Below are positions 26,260 to 38,996 of a stretch of 64,000 nucleotides of DNA, piece by piece. The translations under genes and the position numbers were made by a program. Under the pieces are notes generated by a model. The model was given only the letters and a program-made list of their open reading frames with translations. It was not told where the DNA came from and made no database searches. Source of the stretch: Azolla caroliniana (lineage: Eukaryota; Plantae; Polypodiophyta); the NCBI GenBank assembly GCA_043228905.1, contig JBHGNT010000020.1, forward strand, positions 13,454,001 to 13,518,000, given 5' to 3'. Each line of letters begins with the position of its first letter. Position 1 is the first letter of the stretch.

Positions 26260-27413
26260 TCGTTTAACTCTTCATCTAATTGACTAAGGATTTCAAATTT
26301 ATTTGAGATACTTGGGCTATTAGTACTATGAATACTATCTGACACTCTATTAGTACTATTAATACTATCAGACACTCCAAAGGGAAGAATTGACTCGGGT
26401 TTAGTACAGGCGACGATTTGATTTACCTGTCTTCTTGGCCTATGGGGACAATTGATGGCGATATGTCCTGGTCCACCGCAATAAAGACATAATCGATTGG
26501 CACGTCGTCGTTGCTTTTCTTCTTCCGATAACGGGCCGCGTCGACGCATGGTATCGATCTCCATCGGTGTCGAAGTATTTGCTTGAGGTGTGTCTCGTGC
26601 AAACGGTTTAGCCGCGACTGCGGCGTAAGTGGGCTCTGGCCTCGAGCGTGGTATCTGTAATTGACGTTCTGAACGCCGTTCAAAAAGGCGGTTGTCACAT
26701 CGAACTGCTCGACTGATTGCCTCCGTAAGAGACTTTGGTTCTTCTGGGAAAGTTAGAAGTAGATCTTTGACATCGTTTCGCAAGCCATAGCGAAACTGCT
26801 CCATTAGTGCTTGATCATCCCAGGGTATATCTGAAGCAAGTAGGCGGAAATCCGCCGCGTAGGCAGAGGCTGGACGATCGCCTTGACGCAATCGCCGGAT
26901 CTTGTTGATCGCCGTCCTGATGCTGTCGGTGTCTCCAAAGCAGGCTTTAAACTCACCAATAAAATCTTCAAAATTATTAAGTAAGGGTGATTGTTTTTCT
27001 AGAAGCGGAGCAAACCATGCCAAGGCTGAGCCGCTAAGTAGCGTGCCTATTAGGCCGACTCGAGATGCATCAATGGGATATCGGGAAGGATGCATCTGGA
27101 TGACTAAGCGTACCTGATTAAGGAATCCCCGGAATTGCGAACGCGTTCCATCAAATTTCACAGGAAGTCCAATCTTGGGCTCTTTATGAAATCCTTGGGG
27201 ACTGGATCCTTGTTGTTGCAACGCTGCTTCGAGTTGTTGTACCCGTAACGCTAACTCCCCATGTTGTTGTTGCGTTTGTTGTTTTTCTAGAGCGATTTGT
27301 TGCAGATCCCCCATCAGCCGTTGGTTTTCTTGTTCCAGGGCAACAAACTTTTCTTTTAGGCACTGTAGCTCGGAGAAAACGGATTGGTATTCTTGGGCGC
27401 TAACAGTAGCCAT
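26256..27413 (-). CDS. T1 gag (385 aa)
   Basis: PVKFDG..QFRGFL, LRQG..PASAYAADF, PMEID and CLYCGGPGHIAINC. Confidence 0.93.
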   Translation of the reverse strand: MATVSAQEYQSVFSELQCLKEKFVALEQENQRLMGDLQQIALEKQQTQQQHGELALRVQQLEAALQQQGSSPQGFHKEPKIGLPVKFDGTRSQFRGFLNQVRLVIQMHPSRYPIDASRVGLIGTLLSGSALAWFAPLLEKQSPLLNNFEDFIGEFKACFGDTDSIRTAINKIRRLRQGDRPASAYAADFRLLASDIPWDDQALMEQFRYGLRNDVKDLLLTFPEEPKSLTEAISRAVRCDNRLFERRSERQLQIPRSRPEPTYAAVAAKPFARDTPQANTSTPMEIDTMRRRGPLSEEEKQRRRANRLCLYCGGPGHIAINCPHRPRRQVNQIVACTKPESILPFGVSDSINSTNRVSDSIHSTNSPSISNKFEILSQLDEELND

Positions 27414-27743
27414 AGTATAGGGGAAAGGGTAGGAGGATGAGGGAGAGTGACAAGTAGGCTAGAGGAAAAATTGGTTCAAACTGTCAGGAATAGTACTAAA
27501 ACAGAGATGGAATTAGTACTAAGAAGGGTAGTACTATTAGTACTAAGAGGACGGGACTGCGTAAGATTCCCGAGAGAGAGGAAGTGAGAAGAGGAGAGAG
27601 AGAGAAATAGGACGATGACAGCAGCTCTTATATTATATGAAAGATAAGTACAAATCGACTAAGAGGCTTAAGACTGGTGTTGAACCAATTTGGTTCAACA
27701 TAATGCCTAGTGCCCTCTTTTATAGTGTTTTCAGGAGTAATCC

Positions 27744-27763
27744 TGAAGCTTCTAGAATGTTCC
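27744..27763. promoter_or_regulatory. Heat-shock element in the T1 LTR (also 22539-22558)
   Basis: tGAAgcTTCtaGAAtgTTCc, four alternating nGAAn units about 20 bp upstream of the LTR TATA. Confidence 0.7.
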
Positions 27764-30700
27764 AGAGAAATCTGGAATATACTCTAATTTCCTATAATAA
27801 AATGTAGATGAAAATAATATCCTACGTATTACAATAGATGGTCTAATGGTCAAGAGCTCGACCCATGTAGCATAAAGTCATGGGTTCGAGTCTTGCCATG
27901 ACATCCGGTGTCCGCTTCGGCTCGTACCCGATTCAGACGGTATCCGGTTCTCGCTTGTACTCCCCCTCAAGTTTGGCAAGTCAGGGATCGTCAATCCAAG
28001 GTCTGACATGAATTGCCGAAGCTTGTCGGCTCCTAAGGCTTTGGTGAAGATGTCGTCCATTTGAAGATTCATGTTGATGTGTTGAAGGTCGACATCTCCG
28101 GCCTGTACGCGCTCTTGAATGAAGTGATAGTGCACTTCGATGTGCTTTGTGCACATGTGGAACACCGGGTTCCGAGCCAGATATATATTGCTCATGTTGT
28201 CGCAGTAAATGGGGGTCAGATCCTTGATGGGGACGCCCAGATCCTTCAAAATCCTCTTGAGCTATAAGGCTTCACATGCAGCTACGGCTGCACCCCTATA
28301 TTCGGCCTCCGTACTCGAAAGTGCGACAATAGGTTGCTTCTTACTACTCCAAGATATTGCTCCGCTACTGAGCGAGAAGACAAATCCGGAGGTCGATCGT
28401 CGGTCGGATTTGTAGCCTGCCCAGTCGGCATCTGTGTACCCCTCGAGTTGAATTGGCGTGGCCGTCTTATAGAGAATGCCATTGTGCATCGTTCCGCTCA
28501 CATATCGTAGCACTCTCTTAGCACAATCCAAATGGATATCTCGTGGCATTTGCATGAACTGGGTAAGAAGGCCGACCGGATAGCTTAGGTCTGATCGAGT
28601 GATTGTGAGGTAGATAAGACTACCGATCAGTTGTCGATATTGAGTCGGTTCACACTCTGTGGTGCTAGAATTGGCATTTAGTTTGAGGTTTCGATCGAGA
28701 GGTGTTGCCACAGACTTGCACTCAGTCATCCCGAACTTGTATAACAAGTTGAGAATGTAGTGTTGTTGGGAGATCATAATCCCGGCTAGAGTCCAAATTA
28801 CCTCGATGCCAAGGAAGTAGTGGAGCTCACCTCGAATTTGTTGGAAAGGAGGGATTTGACCTTGTTGACGTTGACTAGATGCTCACCTCCAATGACCAGA
28901 TCATCCACGTACATGATGATGATGATCAGACTTTCGGAATCGCTTCTTACATGGAGAGAATTGTCGGATTTTGACATTCGGAAGCCGATTCGATGAAGAT
29001 ATTGTGTTATCTTCGAGTGCCAAGCACGTGGTGCTTGCTTAAGGCCGTAGAGAGGCTTCTTGAGTCGGCAGATGGTTTTCGGATGAATTTTGGATTCCAA
29101 GCCGGGTGGTTGTACCATGTACACCTCCTCTTCTAATTCGCTTTGAAGAAAAGCGTTCTTGACATCCATCTGGTGGAGGTGCCACCCTTTTGCTGCTGCA
29201 AGCGCTATCACGGTTCGCACGGTTGTCATCTTTGCCACCGGGGTAAAGGTCTCTTCATAGTCGAGCTTTGTAGCGGTTGACGGAACTGTCGGCATTATAC
29301 TTCACTTTGTATATCCATCTGCAGCTGATTGCCTTCTTGTGTGGTGAGTGAGGGACAAGATCCCCTGTCTCATTCTTGCCGAGAGCTTGCATCTCCTCGT
29401 TCATCGCTTCGACCCATCACGGATCTTTAGCGGCTTCGGCAAAGCTCTCCGGTTCTCGAACTATTGCCACCTTCATCATAAAGGCATAGTGGTATGCCAT
29501 ATAGTCGTTGTAGCCGAATCGGCTAACCGAATTCTTCTCTCGGGTGGAGTGACGGAGTTTCTCATTTGCCGATGTGAGTGCTTTCTCAACACTAGGTGAC
29601 CTCATAAGAGACACATCAAAGCCATCGAACTCACTATTGAGTGGATGAGTCGATTCATTGCCGTCTTCATATTCCGACATTTTGGCTTTCCCTTTGTCCA
29701 TCTTTGGACTTGGCCGAGATGTGCTTTGGTTGTTAGGAGGCTCTTGTGGTCCGCTCAATCTGGTTGAGATCGGACTCTCTTCGAGTATTGACCTTAGTTG
29801 ATCATCGTCTTCTGTGTTGTCGAGGTCATTCGTAGATGGTTCCGGAGGAGTCGGCTCGGGTTTGTACCATGATGTTGATTCGTCAAAGACGACATCCCGA
29901 CTTACACGAGTCTTCCGAGTATAGGGGTTGAAGCACTTGTACCCCTTTTGCTCCAGTGAGTACCCCACGAGGATGCACTTCTCTGATTTTGGGTCAAGCT
30001 TCTGCTACTTCTCATCGGGAATGTGTACGTATGCAATGGAGCTGAATATCATTACATGGGATAGATCCGGCTTCTTCCCATAGTATTTCTCGTGCAGGGT
30101 GACCTCGTGCACTCCGGATGTTGTGCACCGGTTCATGAGGTAGACGGCGGTATTTGCAGCTTCTGCCCAATGTGACTTGGGCATATGCTTCTCATTTAGC
30201 ATGGCCCTTGCTACTTTGAGGATGTGCCGATTCTTGCGTTCGGCTACACCATTCTGTTGCGGTGTATGTCGGCAAGTGAATTCTCGCCGAATTCCTTCTT
30301 GTCGAAGGTATGCCGTGAACACATTGGAGAAGTATTCCTTTCCTCCATCCGACCGAAGACATCGTACATGGCGGCCGGTTGTCTTTTCGACTTTGCTTTT
30401 GAATTTTTGGAAGTGTGTAAACACTTCGCTCTTCATCCTCATGGGAAAGATCCATGTGTATCTAGAGAAGTCGTCGATGAGGTAACATAGTACCGACATC
30501 CTCCGAATGTGGCCATTGTTACCGGCCGACAAAGGAGTCTAGAGTGTGAAACGAAGGAGTTATTTAATTATTAAGGAATGGTTGTAAGTGAGCTATTAGT
30601 GTGGACGAACAGACCGGAATCAGTATGCCGTTATGGATCCGGACCGATCCCGAACAGGTGCGGATGGCACCGTTTTGTACTACAAACCAAAAACCTATTT

Positions 30701-31088
30701 AAAGGCCCGGATACAATGTAATGTGGAGCGGATAATTAATGAAGCTTAGTGTTTTTATCTCTCTGTGTTAATTGCCGTTCTGCATTCATTGTTATATCTT
30801 ACGCATGTGATTATTAAGGACGATCTTACTAAGTAACCTAATTAAGTCGGATTAATCGTTGAGCCTAATCCTCTTGTCGTAACACCCCTTTGGTGAAGTG
30901 TCTTCCGTAGACACCTTGTGTTAGGCCATTGTCCGGCCCTAAGAGTTAACACAGTTTTTGGCGACCACGATTCCTGTTTTTGCAGCGAACGACGGCATGA
31001 ATGGATGACTAGATCAATGCACGACCTGGTTACAGATCGAACTCGACGCCTTGCCGAAAGGCAAAGGAGACATGAGGCTTTCTAGCAA

Positions 31089-34000
31089 ATGGCGCAGGAA
31101 ATTAGAGTGGATCGCTCGTTTTCCAACGTAATCCGGAGAGTAGCAGAGGAGTCCCTCTGGTTACAGCAAACATCGCACCCGGACGACGGTAACAGCCTAA
31201 GCAGCCTCCAGGAAACCGAATCCCTTCTCCAGGCGTTGGCAAGCGGAGAAGGCGAAGCAGAAGCCTTTTCAGCGTATGAATCGGATTCCGAAGGGGGATA
31301 CAACGTGCACACGAACTACCGTAGCAGCAACGACACCCCGGGCGGACCGGAGGACGAAGGATCAGACACCTTACCGACACTGGAACTGGAAGTGCTAAGG
31401 CTGGAACCTCCGAAACCAGAAGCAGAGGAAGAGCGACCTCCGACACCGGAAGTCGAGGAGGAGAGGCCTCCGTCACCAAAAGAAGAGGAAAGACCACCGA
31501 CACCGGAGACAAATTAGGAACGACCACCGACGCCGGAGAAAAACCAGGAACGACCACCAACACCACCAGCCCGCGCACCGATACCGGATGACGACATGCC
31601 GTTCCAGTACTCCAAGTATAGAGATGATTCGGACGCGGAAGCTCATGTTCACGCCTTTGAACAGACATGGGAAGCAAACCATGTGTCCCAGCGATTGACC
31701 CCGGAGGAAGAGGAACGCTCTAAGATAGCGGAATTTGGCGTCACATTGGAGGGACCGGCAGCAAGATGGTACCGGACATAGGATCCGTCTACCATCACCA
31801 CCTTCGCAGATTTTAAAGCTAAATTCTTGCATTTTTTCCACAAGGAGGTGGACCAGACAGTAATGGTGGGCTTGTTTTATACCATCCGACAGGAGGCAGG
31901 GGAGAGCATTACCTAGTTTGTCATCCGGTTTCAACGGATGCATAGTCAGCTTGCCTGCGCACCCCCGGAGGAGGAATTACGGACTATATTCCTAAATGCG
32001 CTCCGGGAACCCCTACGCACGGTTTGCACGGTAATTGACTTCTGCGCAAGTACCATCGACCAGGTCATTAACCGGGTGAGAGAGATGGAAAAGACAAGCT
32101 CCTGGCTCACACTGGGAGCACTCCAACGGGCGTTACCGTCCGATGAAGACCTCCGGTTTCGACAAGCAATACAGTGCACAACCTGCTTGAATTCCGGACA
32201 CTCGGCACTAGAATGCACTATGAGGACGCAATGTGTAATCTGTCAATCCAAGGGCCATACGACGGATAGGTGCGAGTATAATCTATTGAACCGGCAAGCA
32301 CCGCCCGTCCGACAAATAGAGCCACGTAGCAGCCGGGATGAAGAAGAGGAACGCTGGCGGCGAATGGACCGTGACCGACCGGCACAGGATGTCCGGTATG
32401 GCAATCGACGGGAGAATGATGTCCGGTACAGTGATCGGCGGGATAACTATGACCGGTACGATAGATATGATCGGTACTGGGATTACAATAGACGATACGA
32501 ACATTACGACCGGGAGCACTCCCCCGGGTATCGTCAACAACGGGAGGAATACGGCAGATATAACGGCCAACCTCGTCAAGAGTACCACAATAAGAAGAAC
32601 TATAACAAAAAACGGCATTTCAAAAAAGGCGGCCACCCACGGGATCCGGAACAAGGAGCTTCAAGCAGCCAACCGGCCCAAAACCCTGCGCTTACCACAG
32701 GACCTGCCCCGGGTACAACAAACAATGCCGAATCCAGCAATACCTGGAAATCCTACTGCTACTACTGCCGACAGGAAGGCCATTATAGTAATCAATGCCC
32801 GGCGAAGAGCTATGACAAACGACCGGCAGTAAATATGGTAGTCCCTGAAGTGGCAGATCTGCAGCAGGTGACCACAAGGTCGAAGGGCATGGCCAAGGAA
32901 TGGGAGACGCAGGAGACCATCCAGAAGCAAGTGACAGAATGGGTAAAGAAAGCAAATGAGCAAAACGTAACAGACTTAGAGCGGCAAAAGGAGAACACCG
33001 TAGGGCTTGCCGACAGCAGTCACTCCGAGAACGAGACATGGCAAGCGTTGCAAGAATGCCAGATTACGCTGCCACTAGGAAGACTCCTACAGCTCATGCC
33101 GAGATTCACGGAAGGACTGAAGACAACCATGACGGAAGGAGAATCATCACCGACACCGGTACTCTTCTCGAATCCGGAGGAGGGACCAACGGTGGTGGAC
33201 ACCAACAGTTCGGTAATTACTGCCATTGTAAAAGGGAAAGAACTCCCCGACACAGTAATAGACAGAGGCTCTGGTGTGAATGTAATAAGCCTCCGGATGT
33301 GTGATGCCCTGGGAATCCACGAGTGGGAGCCGTGTCCGTTCTGGTTACGGATGGCCGATACAAGCTCAGTGCGGCCAATAGGATTAATACAAAAATTAGA
33401 AGTCACTGTTGGCGGTCATACATTTCACATCTCGGCAGTAGTGCTACAATTACAGGCACAAGGCGCGTACCCGCTATTGCTGGGGCGGCCGTGGTTGAAA
33501 ACGACACATATCAAACAGAATTGGAGGAAAAATATAATTACCTTCCGGTGAGGAAAAGCCAAGGTACGTGTACCAACACAGCCAAGGACGAGCACTGGCA
33601 AGGAATGTACACCGTTGTATGCAGAGTGCGTCAACATGCTAGAAGGGTTAGCTGACGAAGAAGAAGCTCAGTACTTGCAGGAAAACACGAAGATCGTACC
33701 CCTCTTCGAAATTGACATTGCCGAAGCAGTAGCACCATACTTACCGCAGTCGGAAGAGACTGAAGCAGAACCGGATAAGGACGCAATCCGAGAGTTACGG
33801 CAAGCGCAGGAAGCGTTGGAACGGGAAATGGCCGTTTCACAGCGCGTAAAAGCGTCGCAACTTGAAGAGGTGAACCTAAGGACCACGGACGAAGCAAAAC
33901 TGGTGCACATCGCCAACGAGATGAGGTCCGAAGACAAAACGACGATGATCACACTTCTCACGGAATTTCGCGACGTGTTTGCCTGGTCATACGAAGACAT

Positions 34001-35689
34001 GCAAGGGCTCGACCCTCAGTTATACCAACATCAGATTCACTTGAGCAAGGACGCAAAACCAGTGGCACAAAGACAGTACCGGATGAATCCCAATTATGCC
34101 GCCAAAGTCAAGGAGGAAATCGACAAACTGCTAAGAGTTGGCTTTATCCGTCCGGTAAAGAAAGCGACATGGCTGAGCCCGATCGTAGTCGTACCAAAGA
34201 AGAACAGAAAAATTCGAGTTTGTGTGGACTACCGGAAACTCAATGCGGTTACGGTAACAGATGCGTTTCCACTTCCGTTCACAGATGGAGTGTTGGATGC
34301 CGTCGCCGGCCATGAGGTCTATAACTTTGTAGACGGATTTAGCGGGTATAATCAGATCTGGATGCACCCCGACGACCAAGACAAAACGGCTTTCGTCACC
34401 GAATGGGGAGTGTTTGTGGTCGTGGTGATGATGTTCGGACTCAAAACGACACCGGCAACGTTCCAACGAATTATCATGGAAATCTTTGGTGAATATATCC
34501 TGGCTTTTATGCAGGTTTTCCTTGACGATTTCGCCGTCTATAGCCGGGAAGAGGATCATTTGCAGCACCTCTGTCTTTGTCTAGAAAAGTGTAGAGCGTA
34601 CCGGCTAAGCTTGAATCCGGCGAAGTGTGTATTTGGCGTGTCCAGTGGAACCCTACTAGGACATATTGTGAGCAAGGAAGGCATTGCAGTCGACTCGGAC
34701 AAAGTGAAAGCCATATTAGAAGCATCGGCGCCGGCAACGACAAAGGCATTGAGCCGGTTCTTAGGCCAGATCCGGTGGCACAACCGGATGCTCCGATACT
34801 TGGCCGACCTGGCTACACCGTTGCATGCCGCGGTACATCGAACACCATTCCAGTGGACCGACACCAAGGATAGGGCATATAGGGCCCTCAAGGTACTATT
34901 GTCGCAAGCACCGGTAGTGTAGCCTCCGGATTGGAGTAAAGAATTTCATGTGTTCGTGGACGCCTCCGACATCGCAATCGGAAGCGCATTGATGCAACTT
35001 ACGGAGCCAAAGTGGTACCGGCCAGTGTACTATGCCAGCCAAAAGCTATCCCAAGCGGAACGGAACTACTCTACCACGGAACGGGAAGCCCTAGGGATGA
35101 TCTACAGTGTGACAATGTTTCGGCATTATTTATTGGGAAGGAAGTTTTCCTTCCATGTAGATCATTCGACACTCCTCTACCTGGTGTCCAAGGCGTCACT
35201 CACCGGTAAGTTGGCCCGGTGGACCTTACTGTTACAGGAATTCGAGTTCGAAATATTCCACCGACCCGGTATACAACATGTCGTAGTAGATTATTTAAGC
35301 CGATTAGAGTCCGGAGAGACGGGCGACGGAGTAGCGGACGAGTTTCCGGATGCGGAGCTGTTTCGAGTCACTACGGAAACGGCAACAGATGAAACGGTGG
35401 CACAGGAAGACAAGTGGCTCACAAATATGCACCAGTTTCTGAGCACACGACTGCCTCCGGAGGAGATGAATCGGGACGAAAGGAAACGCCTGGCGGTGCA
35501 AAGCCGACATTTCTGCTTACTGTGAGACACACTTTACCACAAGGGCACGGACGACATATGGAGACGGGCTGTGCGCAGCGATGAAAAAGACCTCAGACTG
35601 AGGGAAGCCCACTGTGGAGTTGCCGGAGGTCACTATGCCGGAGATGCGACGGCCAGGAAAATATGGCAAAGTGGCCTATGGTGGCCAAC
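31089..35689 (+). pseudogene. Element C gag-PR-RT-RNase H and integrase zinc-finger start, with in-frame stops
   Basis: Three CCHC knuckles, VIDRGSGVN, WLSPIVVVPKK..IRVCVDYRKLN, FLDDF, FVDASD, DEFPDAELF. Confidence 0.92.
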
Positions 35690-38600
35690 TGTTGGGATTT
35701 CGGTCCCTCCGGATGGGATGTCCGGAGATGAATGACGGCAAGCCCGGAGGCTGTTACGGAACCGGGTGATGAAGAGTACCCGGCATGAAGCCGGATGAAG
35801 AGTACCCGGCTACGGATCCGGATGATGAAGACCCCGGTTACGGAGCCGGATGATGAAGACCCCGGTTACGGAGCCGGATGCTGAAGACCCCGGTTACGGA
35901 GCCGGATGAAGAATGTACCCGGAGAGAGATTCGGATGCAGGGACATATTTGTGAATATGTTTGCTGAGAGCCCTTGAGGCTATATTTGTAAATAGCCCGA
36001 AAGTCATATGTGTATAAATATGACTTAGGGCAAACAGTTTAAAGTAAGTTGCTCATTTTCTGTTTTCCACTAAGAGGGAGCGAAGTGAGAGCAGCCGAGT
36101 GAGAGTGAGAGAAAGAGGAAGGAAGAGGTCGACGCCTCTGTGTAATACCGCCGCCTGTGGCGAGGACAGTGAGCTCAAGGTCGTCGCCTTGCAGCTCGCC
36201 ATTGTACATTCCGCGTATAGTGATGGTTGGAGTCTTGCACTCCCGTGGTTTCTCCCATTTAGGGTTTTCCACGTAAAACATCCAGTGTACCCTTCTCTCT
36301 ATTGTTTTGTGCATTGTTGTATTTCCCGCTTTCTGTGAATCGATCCAGTTGCTCAGTTGTGGCCGAGCACGGAATTGCGACAAAGTGGTATCCGAGCGAG
36401 GTTAACACAGAAAATGGAAGGCGGCAGCAGCGGGCAGCCGGGGATGATGGTGCTGAATGCGCAGAATTACGCCGACTGGAAGATCAAGATGGAGGATCTT
36501 CTGATTGTTCGGGACCTGTACGAACCGATTGACAGGTCGGAAATACCGAAAGGGGTACTTGAGTCGGAATGGAGGCTTCTGAACCGGAAAGCCGTTGCAA
36601 CCATTCGGCAATACGTAGACGTGAGCGTTCTACAACATGTGGCAAACGACACCAATGCATATGAGATGTGGAAGAAGCTGTCGGGCCTCTACGAGAGGAA
36701 AAATGCGTTGAACCGGACCTCCCTGATGAGGAAGATAGTGAACCTAAAGTACCGGGACGGCGAGAGTATGGTGGAACACGTAAGCACGTTCATGGGATTC
36801 GTGAATCAGCTTGCGGCGATCAAGTTCCCGTTGGAGGATGCAATGCAAGCCATCATCCTGATGTGTACATTGCCGGACAGCTGGGAGAACTTGGTGGTGA
36901 CTCTCAGCACCTCCTGCACCGAAGATAACTTGTCCCTACAAACAGTAAAGACAAGTATTTTGAACGAAGAAGCGCGTCGGAGAGATAAGGAACCGGCCTC
37001 CGACTCAAAGGCGCTGCTTACCGAATCGGAACGGGGAAGACAATGGAACCGGAGTCCGCAAAGACGGGAGAAGTCTGGGACCCGGTCGCAGTCAAGAGGA
37101 AGACCCACATGCTTCCACTGTGGGAAGCCGGGGCACTTCCGGAAGAATTGTCGGCATTACCGAAAACACAACGGAGCCGACGACACCGATTCGAAGAAGT
37201 CACCGGAGCGAAACGGTGCATACCGGGGAGCCACGGACCGGAGAGGTCCGGATCGGCGAGGGCAGGACCGGAAAGGAACGACGGCACTCGCGGCAAGTGA
37301 AGAAGAGATAATGCTCATTACGGAAGAGAGGGAACTGAACCTTGCCGGTGAGGAGATGACCTGGGTGGTCGATTCCGGAGCGTCGTTCCACCTGACCCCG
37401 GAGAAGAAATACTTCTTATCCTACACAGCCGGTGAGCACGGCTGTGTCCGGATGGGAAATGAAGGTACATGCCGGATTGCCGGCATAGGAGACGTGTGGC
37501 TGATGACATCAACCGGATGCAAGATGCTGCTGAAGGATGTTCGACACGTTCCGGAGGTTCGATTGAACCTGATTTCGGCCGGGAGGCTAGACGATGAAGG
37601 CTACACAGGTAGCATCCGGAACGGCGTAATGAAGTTCAGCAAGGGAAGCCTGATAGTGGCTCGGGCCCGGAAAGTCAACACACTGTACCTTATGAATGCC
37701 TGGTTGTGTCCGGAAGAGCTGAATGTGGCAGCCGACACACTGTACTTAAAGTCAACACACTGTACTTAAAGGGCACTTCGAACATGTGCCTCCGATTCGG
37801 CTCCGGTAAGCCCGAACTCGATGGATTTACCGATTCGGACATGTCGGCTGATGCGGATACCAGCCGGTCTACATCAGGGTATGTAATGACATATGCAGGG
37901 GGAGCCGTTTCGTGGCAGTCGAGGTTGCAGAAGACGGTTGCGTTGTCAACCACGGAGGCGGAGTACATGGCGGCCGTTGAAGCCGGCAAGGAAATAATAT
38001 GGATGAAGGACTTCGTTAGAGAGCTCGGTATCCGGCAGGAGGAGTACCGACTCTACTGCGATAGTCAGAGTGCCATCCACCTTGCAAAGAACGCGGCCTA
38101 CCATTCCCGGACGAAACACATCCAGCGTAGATACCACTGGATCCGGGAAAGGATAGAAGACAAGGAGTTCGTGCTGACGAAGATCCACACGGACGAGAAC
38201 GGGTCGGATATGCTGACCAAGGTGCTCACACCCGACAAGCTGGAAGCATGCCGGAAGAGGATCGGGTTGGAGAGACATCCCATGCCGAAGTGAAGGGGGA
38301 GTTTGTTGGGATTTCGGTCCCTCCGGATGGGATGTCCGGAGATGAATGACGGCAAGCCCGGAGGCTGTTACGGAACCGGGTGATGAAGAGTACCCGGCAT
38401 GAAGCCGGATGAAGAGTACCCGGCTACGGATCCGGATGATGAAGACCCCGGTTACGGAGCCGGATGATGAAGACCCCGGTTACGGAGCCGGATGCTGAAG
38501 ACCCCGGTTACGGAGCCGGATGAAGAATGTACCCGGAGAGAGATTCGGATGCGGGGACATATTTGTGAATATGTTTGCTAAGAGCCCTTGAGGCTATATT

Positions 38601-38996
38601 TGTAAATAGCCCGAAAGTCATATGTGTATAAATATGACTTAGGGCAAACAGTTTAAAGTAAGTTGCTCATTTTCTGTTTTCCACTAAGAGGGAGCGAAGT
38701 GAGAGCAGCCGAGTGAGAGTGAGAGAAAGAGGAAGGAAGAGGTCGACGCCTCTGTGTAATACCGCCGCCTGTGGCGAGGACAGTGAGCTCAAGGTCGTCG
38801 CCTTGCAGCTCGCCATTGTACATTCCGCGTATAGTGATGGTTGGAGTCTTGCACTCCCGTGGTTTCTCCCATTTAGGGTTTTCCACGTAAAACATCCAGT
38901 GTACCCTTCTCTCTATTGTTTTGTGCATTGTTGTATTTCCCGCTTTCTGTGAATCGATCCAGTTGCTCGGTTGTGGCCGAGCACGGAATTGCGACA
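35690..38996 (+). mobile_element. Element D: internally deleted Copia, same family as A
   Basis: 693-bp LTRs (35690-36382, 38304-38996; 3 mismatches seen), TSD CCAAC, PBS TGGTATCCGAGC; gag-PR fused to RNase H at ~37740-37765. Confidence 0.96.

Larger units (their letters stand above)
22277..27903 (-). mobile_element. Element T1: young chromodomain-bearing Ty3/Gypsy (Tcn1-like chromovirus)
   Basis: 422-bp LTRs (22277-22698, 27482-27903; 2 mismatches seen), TSD TCCGG, PPT at 22699-22712, no tRNA PBS. Confidence 0.96.
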
